Positions 1 to 7,671 of a stretch of DNA of 27,778 nucleotides are shown one piece after another. The stretch's first letter is position 1; each line of letters begins with the position of its first letter. Under the pieces are notes generated by a model, which did no database searches, was not told where the DNA came from, and saw only the letters and a program-made list of their open reading frames with translations. The position numbers and the translations under genes are program-made. The stretch is from Aquificaceae bacterium (GTDB lineage Bacteria; Aquificota; Aquificia; Aquificales; Aquificaceae): the NCBI GenBank assembly GCA_039630345.1, contig JBCNVD010000016.1, positions 1 to 27,778 of the forward strand, written 5' to 3'.

Positions 1-92
1 GAAACCTCATGAGGCGTTCTGTGAAATACGAAAAGGTCTAAAAAAAGAGAAATAAAAACCGCTGCTGCAAATACTATCCAGCCTGTTTCCAT
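1..92 (-). CDS. TerC/Alx family membrane protein, N-terminal fragment (runs off the window edge)
   Basis: Not in the ORF track. My translation from ATG at 92 gives METGWIVFAAAVFISLFLDLFVFHRTPHEV, matching the typical TerC/Alx start (W..F......L.LDL.VFHR..H.VS). It begins 3 nt after the PGI/PMI stop. Confidence 0.75.
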   Translation of the reverse strand, partial: METGWIVFAAAVFISLFLDLFVFHRTPHEV

Positions 93-95
93 AAC

Positions 96-1046
96 TTAAG
101 ATAAACTCTTCTTGATAAAGTCTATAACCTCCACTGGAAGAGGGTCTTTTTTGTATAAACCTGCAAGGTAAAAGCTTATCCAGTCTCCAAGGTATGTAAG
201 ATAGAGAAGTCTTTCATAAATACTTGTGCCTTTGCCTGCCATGATTCTTGGCATTATGCCCTTTTCCTGGAGAATTTCCTGAGTGATTTTGACGCGCTTT
301 ATTATGCGTGGATGATCCTGAGGGTCATAAAGAATACAAAAAGCCAGGTTCGAGAGGAGCTCTTGATTGTCAAGTCCAACTACCTCGTTGTGATGCATCT
401 CTGGAAGAGTTGCATTGTAGCAAAGAGTTTTGCTGTTTTCATTATGCTGAGTGCGCCAGCGCAGGGCGACGACTTCCGTAATTGGCGTTGAGTAGATGAT
501 AGGAATGTAATTGAGATGAGAATGCGCAATTACCTTTGCCTGCTCTTTTACCTCGCTTTTGTATTTTTCTAGAGTTTCCTTTATTTGTTCTATTTCAGAA
601 TGCATGCCGAAAAGAGACATAAGGGCAGATAACATATGCCCAAGTGCAAATCTGGGCGGGTATCCCCCGGGTAATTGAATATAATCAAGACCGTTTTGTG
701 AAGCTAAACTGTGGAGTTCTCCGCCTGAACTTACGCATACTGGCTTTATACCCCTTTTTAGGGCTTCTTTCAGGACAGAGATGGTCTCTTCCGTATTTCC
801 GCTATAGCTTGTGCAAATAACCAGCCAGCCCCCTTTGACATATGCAGGGAGGGTATAGCCTTTGAGAGAGAGGACCGGACTCTGGAGCTCTGCGCGCTCG
901 AGAAACACTTTCATAAAATCTCCAACTATGCCTGAACCCCCCATTCCACATAGTGCAACGCCAGAAAAAGCCTGTGGGTCTATCACCTGGCAGTTATAGC
1001 TCTTTATATCTGAGGGAAAGCTCTCTAACATCTCAACTGCTTGCAT
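96..1046 (-). CDS. Bifunctional phosphoglucose/phosphomannose isomerase (SIS domain)
   Basis: GMGGSG, SYSGNTEET, SSGG, PPR and ENSK...PEMHHNEV motifs. AGGAGG SD within 1051-1060. Confidence 0.9.
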   Translation of the reverse strand: MQAVEMLESFPSDIKSYNCQVIDPQAFSGVALCGMGGSGIVGDFMKVFLERAELQSPVLSLKGYTLPAYVKGGWLVICTSYSGNTEETISVLKEALKRGIKPVCVSSGGELHSLASQNGLDYIQLPGGYPPRFALGHMLSALMSLFGMHSEIEQIKETLEKYKSEVKEQAKVIAHSHLNYIPIIYSTPITEVVALRWRTQHNENSKTLCYNATLPEMHHNEVVGLDNQELLSNLAFCILYDPQDHPRIIKRVKITQEILQEKGIMPRIMAGKGTSIYERLLYLTYLGDWISFYLAGLYKKDPLPVEVIDFIKKSLS

Positions 1047-1090
1047 CTAACCCTCCTCCTGTTTGATTATCTTATAAAAGCCCCCTTTAG

Positions 1091-2356
1091 TCAATCTTTG
1101 AAAATCAGCCAGGCTGTTCTTGACCTTACCCTAAGCTGAATTGCCTTTTTATTCTCTGGTTTTTGACAAACTATGCTCAAATCGCCTTCTTTAGTAGCGG
1201 GTTTATTCAAACCAAGACTTAAATAAAGGCATGTGCTCTTAAGCTCCTGGCAATTGCATGAAAAACTCTTACTTAAAGCAAAAATCTGCAGAGACTTAGC
1301 AACGCTTTTTGGAGAATCCCCTCGAGAGAGCATAAAATTTGGATATATCCCTGCATAAAATATCTTTAGACTAAGAGTGATGATTAAAACAAGATAAAAA
1401 GCCCTTCTAAAGACCTTATCCTGCAGTGCATCACTTACAGATTTTGCAAAAGCAGAAGCAAATAGAGCAAAAACAGGGATTACATACCTCCCCTGGGCAT
1501 CTGATATCATATATGGCAAATAGCACAAAACGCCAATTAGCAAGGGCTCAAGGCCAACTTTTTTTGCTCTTGTGAGTGCAAAAACCACTATAGCGCTGGC
1601 AGGCAACATATCTTTAAAGCTCTCAAGCGGAAACACCATAGCATGCGACAATCTTGAAAACCCCTCTGGCGAAACCCTGCCAAAACTCTCCTGAATAAGT
1701 CTTTCTGCATAAATCAGTGGCTCTTTGGTAAGTATCAGCCACATTCCCAAAACAGATAGCGAAAACAAGGCTATAAAAAAGCCCCTCTTTAGTCCCTGCA
1801 TAGGTCCATGGCGCATCACAAGCATCAAGAAAGCTCCAGGCATGAAGCTAAGTCCCGCAAGCCCTTTCAGCATCATCGCAAAAGCAAAGGAGAGATTAGA
1901 AAAGATAAAAAACGCGCGCTTTCGCGCGCTTAAAGAAAAAATCCCCAAAAGCACCGCCATGCTAAATAGCATGTCAATCTCTGCTATGGAAGAGTAAAAA
2001 AACAAAACGTTACCGCAACTTGCAAAAAGTAAACCCGATACTATGCCAGCTTTGGAATCTGACCAGTAGTTTTTTGAGTAAATTATAACCATAAGAGTGC
2101 AAATCCAGAAGGCAATGACGCTTATTATTCTCATCTGAAACTCACCGAATCCAAACAGATTGCCAAAAAGCGCCAATAACCATGTAAACATAGGGGGTTT
2201 ATTCAGATATCTTTCGCCAAAGAGCGTTGGGTTAAAGAAGTTTTCTCTATTTAATTCAAAAGCCAGCAAAACTCTAAGCGATTCTTCATTCACAAAGTAT
2301 AAAGACCCAAGGAACATAAGTGGCGAGATGAGAATAAGTGTCAAAAGAATTCGCAT
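1091..2356 (-). CDS. ArnT/PMT-like GT-C membrane glycosyltransferase
   Basis: NEESLR, P.LFGERYLNKPP, DM.F, KG.. and RY..P motifs with many TM helices. I prefer the ATG at 2356 (MRILL) to 2368 because a TATGAT box lies 7 nt upstream of it. Confidence 0.8.
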   Translation of the reverse strand: MRILLTLILISPLMFLGSLYFVNEESLRVLLAFELNRENFFNPTLFGERYLNKPPMFTWLLALFGNLFGFGEFQMRIISVIAFWICTLMVIIYSKNYWSDSKAGIVSGLLFASCGNVLFFYSSIAEIDMLFSMAVLLGIFSLSARKRAFFIFSNLSFAFAMMLKGLAGLSFMPGAFLMLVMRHGPMQGLKRGFFIALFSLSVLGMWLILTKEPLIYAERLIQESFGRVSPEGFSRLSHAMVFPLESFKDMLPASAIVVFALTRAKKVGLEPLLIGVLCYLPYMISDAQGRYVIPVFALFASAFAKSVSDALQDKVFRRAFYLVLIITLSLKIFYAGIYPNFMLSRGDSPKSVAKSLQIFALSKSFSCNCQELKSTCLYLSLGLNKPATKEGDLSIVCQKPENKKAIQLRVRSRTAWLIFKD

Positions 2357-2375
2357 TTGAGCTATCATATTCTTA
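2357..2375. promoter_or_regulatory. Putative bidirectional promoter with overlapping -10 boxes, both genes leaderless
   Basis: TATCAT at 2363-2368 (+) is 7 nt before the asd ATG. TATGAT at 2364-2369 (-) is 7 nt before the glycosyltransferase ATG. No SD on either side. Confidence 0.6.
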
Positions 2376-3377
2376 ATGTCTTACAAGATTGCAATAGTTG
2401 GGGCGACCGGGGAAGTAGGTAAGGCATTTTTAAAGGTGCTGGAAGAGCGAAACTTTCCAGTTAGCGAACTCTATCTCTTTGCTTCAGAGCGCTCAGAGGG
2501 GAAAACCCTCAGCTTTAAAGGTGAGTCTTTAAAGGTTTATCAGCTAAAGAGTCCCTTGCCTTTAGTGGATGTTGCGCTATTTTCCGCAGGAGCAGATATC
2601 AGCAAAGAGTTTGCACCTCTTTTTGTAAAAGAGGGGGCTGTTGTTATAGATAACTCCTCTGCGTTTCGTCTATCTCCTGATGTGCCGCTCGTTGTCCCGG
2701 AGGTCAATCCAGAGGATGTAAAAGAACATATGGGCATTATCGCAAATCCAAACTGTTCAACCATTCAAATGACCGTTGCCCTATGGCCCATTTACAAAAG
2801 GGCCGGCATAAGGTCAATAGTTGTTAGCACCTATCAGTCCGTTTCAGGCGCAGGCTCAGAAGCCATTGAAGAGCTAAAGCGTCAAACAAAGGATCTTTTT
2901 GAAAAAGGAGAGACAGGTCAAAATACTGTCCTACCTCGCAAGATTGCGATGAATGTCTTTCCGCAGGTTGATAGCTTTGACGAAAATCTCTACACCCGGG
3001 AAGAGCTAAAGATGCTATTTGAAACCCGTAAAATTTTCCACGACCCAAACATCAGAGTAAGTGCAACCTGCGTCAGGGTGCCTGTACTCTATGGTCATTC
3101 CGAAGCAGTAAGCATTGAGCTTGGATGTCACTTGTCCCTTCAGGAAGCAAGAGAAATCCTCTCAAAAGCCCCTTCTGTGGTTTTGTTTGATGAGCTTGAC
3201 TATCCTACTCCTGTTGATGTTGCTGGCAAAGATGAGGTTTTTGTAGGTCGCTTGAGAAAAGATATGGTTTTTGAGCCTGGGCTTAGTATGTGGGTGGTTG
3301 CGGACAACATAAGAAAAGGGGCTGCGACAAACGCCATTCAGATTCTGGAGCTTATTTGCAAGCTCGCTCTGGTTTGA
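2376..3377 (+). CDS. asd: Aspartate-semialdehyde dehydrogenase
   Basis: VGATGEVG, DNSSAFR, IIANPNCST (catalytic Cys), STYQSVSGAG, RVPV..GHS and DNIRKGAATNA. Confidence 0.97.
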   Translation: MSYKIAIVGATGEVGKAFLKVLEERNFPVSELYLFASERSEGKTLSFKGESLKVYQLKSPLPLVDVALFSAGADISKEFAPLFVKEGAVVIDNSSAFRLSPDVPLVVPEVNPEDVKEHMGIIANPNCSTIQMTVALWPIYKRAGIRSIVVSTYQSVSGAGSEAIEELKRQTKDLFEKGETGQNTVLPRKIAMNVFPQVDSFDENLYTREELKMLFETRKIFHDPNIRVSATCVRVPVLYGHSEAVSIELGCHLSLQEAREILSKAPSVVLFDELDYPTPVDVAGKDEVFVGRLRKDMVFEPGLSMWVVADNIRKGAATNAIQILELICKLALV

Positions 3378-3793
3378 TGCTAAAAATAAGGTCGTTTGTA
3401 ATTCAGGAACTATTAAAACAAGCAGAAAGTGGCTATCCGGAAGAAATTTGTGGCCTGTTAGTTGGTTTATCAGAGGGGAATCAGAGGTTTGCTCTTGGGC
3501 TTTATCAAACTCAAAATATTGCAAAAGATAGATTGCATGACAGATACGAAATTGACCCAAAAGAATATTTAAAAGTTGAGCAAAGAGCAAGAGAGCTCGG
3601 TCTTGAAATAATTGGCGTTTATCACTCTCATCCGGACCATCCTGATAGCCCCTCTAAGTATGACCTTGAGCGGGCTTTTGAAGGGTTTTCATATCTTATA
3701 GTTTCTGTGCGCCAGGGAAGAGTAGAATCTTACAAAAGCTGGGAGCTTGTTGGCAATAACTTCGAGCAAGAATCTATTCAGGTCGTTGAATGA
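3377..3793 (+). CDS. JAB/MPN+ (M67, Mov34) metalloprotease, Mec-like
   Basis: YPEEICGLL and the JAMM motif YHSHPDHP..PS..D. ATG at 3377 overlaps the asd stop (TGATG), so the track start at 3290 is too early. Confidence 0.9.
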   Translation: MLKIRSFVIQELLKQAESGYPEEICGLLVGLSEGNQRFALGLYQTQNIAKDRLHDRYEIDPKEYLKVEQRARELGLEIIGVYHSHPDHPDSPSKYDLERAFEGFSYLIVSVRQGRVESYKSWELVGNNFEQESIQVVE

Positions 3794-3813
3794 TGTTCAG
3801 TCGGATATAAAAT
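3786..3813 (+). promoter_or_regulatory. Putative sigma70 promoter for the 3820 ORF (leaderless)
   Basis: TTGAAT (3786-3791), 16 nt spacer, TAAAAT (3808-3813), then 6 nt to ATG 3820. Confidence 0.5.
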
Positions 3814-3819
3814 CTTTTT

Positions 3820-4002
3820 ATGCAAGAGAAAAATTGTCAAGGCATGCCGCGGGAGGTCGCAGAAGAAATCAGACAAAACCTCAAAACCATAGAGCTATCT
3901 ATCTATAAAATAATAAAAGCTATTGTTGATTACAGGATTCAAAAAATCGAAAATCCCCCGGATTCTACCTCTGGCGGTGCAAAGAAAATAGAAGTTGAAT
4001 AA
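3820..4002 (+). CDS. Small helical hypothetical protein ending GGAKKIEVE
   Basis: Fills the gap in a + strand run. Amphipathic helix PREVAEEIRQNLKTIELSIYKIIKAIVD. Its stop overlaps the next ATG (TAATG). Confidence 0.7.
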   Translation: MQEKNCQGMPREVAEEIRQNLKTIELSIYKIIKAIVDYRIQKIENPPDSTSGGAKKIEVE

Positions 4003-4799
4003 TGCTAAGAGACCAAAACTTCGTCTTTTTAAGCGCAAGATCTCTGGTTGGGATGTTTTTCCTTGCAAGTTATGTAGGTCCTGAGCGCTCTTTGATGCTT
4101 GCTCTGACCCTTGCTTATGCGTCATTTGCGGTTTTTGTTTACATTTATCCCGGAAAGCTTGGCAGTATAAAACCATATGCTGACACTATTTTTCTGATCC
4201 CGATGATAAGTTTGTCCAATCTAAAAGAGGCTGTTTTTACTCTTTTTATGCCTGTTTTGTTTTATTCAAACAGGAGACTTTTGCCAACTGCAATGGCTTT
4301 TTTGACGCTTTGCTTTTTTTTAATTCGCGCCGAAGGCGCGGTTTACTTACCCCTTGCTCTTGGGCTTTTGGTGGCCTCTTTTCAGCCTCAGCTTGTTGGT
4401 TCTGCATTAAGAGACAGGAGATATTTTCTAACTCTCAGAAGGGTTTATAGAGACCTTATTGCGGAGCATGAGCAACTTCAGGACGAGCTAAAGCTCGCCA
4501 GATCAAAAGACTGGCTTTCCGAGCAGGTTCTTAAGTGTCAGTCTCTTGATGAGTATTTAAGGGTTACTGTGCAGCATCTTGGTCTTAAAGGTGTTCATAT
4601 AACCCCCCGGGAAGAATTCTTGGATGGAAACGTAATAAAGCTAAGGGTCAGGCTCTCAAGTGGGAGTGTTAATGTGGTATTTCATCTATCCAGCGAACTT
4701 CAAGCCAGAGACAAAATGCTACTTGAGCTTTGCAAGAGTGCTGCAAGTTATGTATCTTTATATCTAGAGGAGCCAAAAGAGCTCAGGCTCTTTGTGTGA
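4002..4799 (+). CDS. Hypothetical membrane protein (TM bundle, coiled coil, small cytoplasmic domain)
   Basis: About 5-6 hydrophobic segments in the first ~130 aa, then a heptad-like stretch (LIAEHEQLQDELKLA). No catalytic motif recognised. Confidence 0.75.
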   Translation: MLRDQNFVFLSARSLVGMFFLASYVGPERSLMLALTLAYASFAVFVYIYPGKLGSIKPYADTIFLIPMISLSNLKEAVFTLFMPVLFYSNRRLLPTAMAFLTLCFFLIRAEGAVYLPLALGLLVASFQPQLVGSALRDRRYFLTLRRVYRDLIAEHEQLQDELKLARSKDWLSEQVLKCQSLDEYLRVTVQHLGLKGVHITPREEFLDGNVIKLRVRLSSGSVNVVFHLSSELQARDKMLLELCKSAASYVSLYLEEPKELRLFV

Positions 4800-4808
4800 G
4801 GTAGGACT

Positions 4809-5378
4809 ATGAGAAAGACGCTTGATTTAAGCGGTCTTATGTGTCCTTTGCCTATAGTAATGACCTCTGAAAAGATAAGGCATATGAACGAAGGGGATGT
4901 CCTTCAGGTTATCTCAACAGATCCGGGGTTTGATAGAGATGTTCATTCCTGGTGTGCCCAGTCCGGAAACGAGCTTTTAGAACTTAAAAAAGAAGACGGC
5001 AAGGTAATAGCGATTATTAAAAAGTCCCCAAATTCCAGAAATTCCTCGCTGATTTACTGGATAAAGTTTCATGCCCTTGGTGTGAAGCTACACATAAGGC
5101 AGTTTTTGATGTTTTTAAATCCATTTGTCAAAAAGCCAGACCACTTTATAACCTTTAGCGCTATCTCTGAAGGTCTGAAAGCCGAAAAGCTCCTTGAGGG
5201 CAAATATAAACTCCTGCCTATTCCTAATGCGATAGATCCCCATTGTGGTGTGGTGCTTGCCATAAGGGGCAAATCAGAAGCAAGAGAGGTTTTTGATAAT
5301 TTAACTAAAAGCGGCATTGCCGTAGAGGCAATTTACGAAAAAAACGGCAGGGAGTATAGGAGAGTATTCCCTGCTTGA
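4809..5378 (+). CDS. TusA/SirA-family sulfur carrier fused to a DUF3343-like domain
   Basis: N-terminal LD..GL.CPLP...GD.L....DP TusA signature. C-terminal F......KAEKLL......LPIP..I...CGVVL resembles DUF3343. GAGG/AGGA SD-like sequence upstream. Confidence 0.85.
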   Translation: MRKTLDLSGLMCPLPIVMTSEKIRHMNEGDVLQVISTDPGFDRDVHSWCAQSGNELLELKKEDGKVIAIIKKSPNSRNSSLIYWIKFHALGVKLHIRQFLMFLNPFVKKPDHFITFSAISEGLKAEKLLEGKYKLLPIPNAIDPHCGVVLAIRGKSEAREVFDNLTKSGIAVEAIYEKNGREYRRVFPA

Positions 5379-6141
5379 TAAAATTGTTGCAAAAAAGCTA
5401 AATAGCCTCCATTTTGATAACTCAAGGATAAGAGAGCTAAGGTCAAAAGCTCTCGATTTGCCCCCTCCTATGGGTCTGGAGTTTATATTTTCAAAGCCAA
5501 AAACGAGAATCTTTGCTGAGGTAAAAAAGAGCTCCCCATCCGAGGGCGTTTTAAAGCTAATTGATGCCTCTTATCAGGCAAGACTTTATGAAAAGGCAGG
5601 TGCAGTTGCCATATCTGTCCTTACAGAAAGAGAATACTTCAGCGGCTCGATTGAAGATTTAGAGAATGTAAAAAAAGTTGTTGGTTTGCCTGTTTTACGC
5701 AAAGATTTTATTGTTGATGTTGGTGAAGTTTATGAAAGCAGGATAGCAGGCGCAGACGGAATTTTGCTAATAGCCGGTGCGGTGCCTGAAGATAAACTAA
5801 AAGAGCTTTATCAAATCTCGATTGAACTTGGTATGTGGGTTCTTCTGGAAGTTTTTGAAGAAAAAGACTTGCAGACTGCTCTTGATTTAAAGCCTCTTGT
5901 TCTTGGTATAAACCATAGAAACTTAAGAACACTTGAAATTGATCTATCTAAGTGTCTTAGACTCTGTCCGGTTGTAAAAAGTGCAGGGGTTAGATGGGTA
6001 GTTGCCGAAAGCGGAATAAGTAAAAGAGCCCAAATTCAGGAGCTTGAAAGCTCAGGCGTTGATGCTTTTTTGATTGGGAGCTCTTTGATGAAAAGCCCGG
6101 ACCCTTTTAAAAGCCTTATGGAGCTCAGGGGTGTTGTATAA
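5371..6141 (+). CDS. trpC: Indole-3-glycerol-phosphate synthase (probable CTG start)
   Basis: AEVKKSSPSEG, AISVLTE..YFSGS, LRKDFI, GINHRNL, VAESGI and AFLIGSSLM. The frame is open upstream of 5458 and encodes (M)LDKIVAKK from CTG 5371, with AGGAG at 5358-5362. Confidence 0.95.
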   Translation: MLDKIVAKKLNSLHFDNSRIRELRSKALDLPPPMGLEFIFSKPKTRIFAEVKKSSPSEGVLKLIDASYQARLYEKAGAVAISVLTEREYFSGSIEDLENVKKVVGLPVLRKDFIVDVGEVYESRIAGADGILLIAGAVPEDKLKELYQISIELGMWVLLEVFEEKDLQTALDLKPLVLGINHRNLRTLEIDLSKCLRLCPVVKSAGVRWVVAESGISKRAQIQELESSGVDAFLIGSSLMKSPDPFKSLMELRGVV

Positions 6142-6151
6142 TATATAATAA

Positions 6152-6481
6152 ATGGAAAAAAACCTAAATCTTGAGCTCATGGAAGAGCTTTTAAATCTTG
6201 AGTGTTTTATAGTCAAAGCTCCAGTGAATCATCCGGGTTTTTGGCCCGAGTGGCAAGAGCGCTATTCAAGAGCTCTTATGTCTCTAATAGCCACGAGGAA
6301 AGCTCTTAGCACGAAGAAGTTTACCAGCAACGAGGAACTAAAGCAATATAAAGCCCTTCGCTCTACATATGCTGAGATTGTTGCCTATTTGGAAGGTTTA
6401 AAGCGTCTTGCTCTTAATCTGCAAGGAGTCGATGGTCCTGCGGTCCAGACGGATTTTGACTGTGAGCCAGAGGATTTTTGA
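6152..6481 (+). CDS. Hypothetical protein
   Basis: 109-aa helical ORF between trpC and pgk. Its stop overlaps the pgk ATG. AT-rich TATAAT boxes lie directly upstream. Confidence 0.75.
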   Translation: MEKNLNLELMEELLNLECFIVKAPVNHPGFWPEWQERYSRALMSLIATRKALSTKKFTSNEELKQYKALRSTYAEIVAYLEGLKRLALNLQGVDGPAVQTDFDCEPEDF

Positions 6482-7671
6482 TGCCCTTTAATAAAAAAAC
6501 CCTCAGAGATGTTGAGCTTAAATCAAAACGGGTTTTGGTAAGACTTGATTTAAATGTTCCAATAGACAGTCTTGGAAACATCGAAGATGACACGAGAATA
6601 AAGGCGAGCCTGCCAACTATAGAGTATCTTCTTGACAGCCAAGCCAAAACTATCCTCATATCCCATCTTGGAAGACCAAAGGGCAGAGAGCAATCTCTCA
6701 GTCTTTATCCAGTGGCAAAGAGACTTTCGCGCTACCTTGGGGTTCAGGTGGATTTTGTCGAAGACTGCATAGGGGAAAAGGTAAAAAAGGCAGTCAGTGA
6801 GCTTCAGGATGGTGGCGTTTTGCTACTTGAGAATCTAAGGTTTCACAGAGGCGAAACTGCGCCGGATGAGGAATTTGCCAAAGAGCTCGCCTCTTTTGCG
6901 GATATTTTCGTAAGCGACGCCTTTGGCACATGTCACAGGAAACACGCTTCTATTTATCTATTGCCAAAGTATGTCCGCCCTGCGGTTATGGGCTTTTTGC
7001 TGGAGAAAGAAATCTCGTATTTTGAAAAGGCGATGATCAGACCCCAGCGCCCTGTGCTTGGTATAATCGGCGGTGCAAAGGTCTCCTCGAAGCTAGGGGT
7101 TTTAAAAAGTCTTCTTAAGCGAGTCGACAGGCTATTTATAGGCGGTGCAATGGCTTTTACTTTCATAAGAGCAATGGGTTTTGGTGTGGGGAGCTCTTTG
7201 ATCGAGGAGGAACTAATACCCGTAGCCAGAGAGATAATAGAAGCTTCAAAGAGTCTGGATGTTGCGCTCTATCTGCCTGTGGACTTTTTAGTTGCTAAAG
7301 AGGTATCTGATAGCACAGAAGTAAATCTTGTCCCATGGCAGGAAATCCCAAAAGGCTGGATGGGTCTTGATATAGGCCCTGCTTCTATTTCTCTGCTCTC
7401 TACCTTAATTGAGAGCTCGCAGACCGTTATATGGAACGGTCCAATGGGCGTTTTCGAGCTTGATAGATTTAAAGATGGCACTTTCCAGACTGCAAACTTG
7501 CTTGCAAAAGCAAGAGCTCTAACCATAGCAGGAGGCGGTGACACAGACCACGCCATTCACAGAGCCGGGGTTTATAACTCCATAGACTTTGTCTCCACTG
7601 GCGGAGGGGCTTTTTTAGAGCTCCTTGAGGGCAAGACTTTGCCCTGTCTTGAGGTTCTGGACGATGCTTGA
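6481..7671 (+). CDS. pgk: Phosphoglycerate kinase
   Basis: RLDLNVP, SHLGRP, LLENLRFH, DAFGTCHR.HAS, GGAKVSSK, WNGPMGVFE, GGGDT and STGGGA. GAGGA SD upstream of ATG 6481. Confidence 0.98.
   Translation: MPFNKKTLRDVELKSKRVLVRLDLNVPIDSLGNIEDDTRIKASLPTIEYLLDSQAKTILISHLGRPKGREQSLSLYPVAKRLSRYLGVQVDFVEDCIGEKVKKAVSELQDGGVLLLENLRFHRGETAPDEEFAKELASFADIFVSDAFGTCHRKHASIYLLPKYVRPAVMGFLLEKEISYFEKAMIRPQRPVLGIIGGAKVSSKLGVLKSLLKRVDRLFIGGAMAFTFIRAMGFGVGSSLIEEELIPVAREIIEASKSLDVALYLPVDFLVAKEVSDSTEVNLVPWQEIPKGWMGLDIGPASISLLSTLIESSQTVIWNGPMGVFELDRFKDGTFQTANLLAKARALTIAGGGDTDHAIHRAGVYNSIDFVSTGGGAFLELLEGKTLPCLEVLDDA

Noticed and set aside
3290..3376. Track start extensions for the JAB gene (also 7625 suhB, 12088 TPR, 17348 yggS, 26252 ftsY)
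   Set aside because: They overlap neighbouring genes extensively; downstream ATGs fit the family N-termini and stop/start coupling better.
3377..3793. JAB protein as part of a CBASS/Bil-type defence system
   Set aside because: No cyclase, E1/E2 or effector genes are nearby; the sequence is Mec-like and coupled to asd.
5326..5457. Possible trpC frameshift, pseudogene or fusion with the TusA gene
   Set aside because: The trpC frame is continuous, all catalytic motifs are present, and a CTG start with an SD explains the N-terminus.
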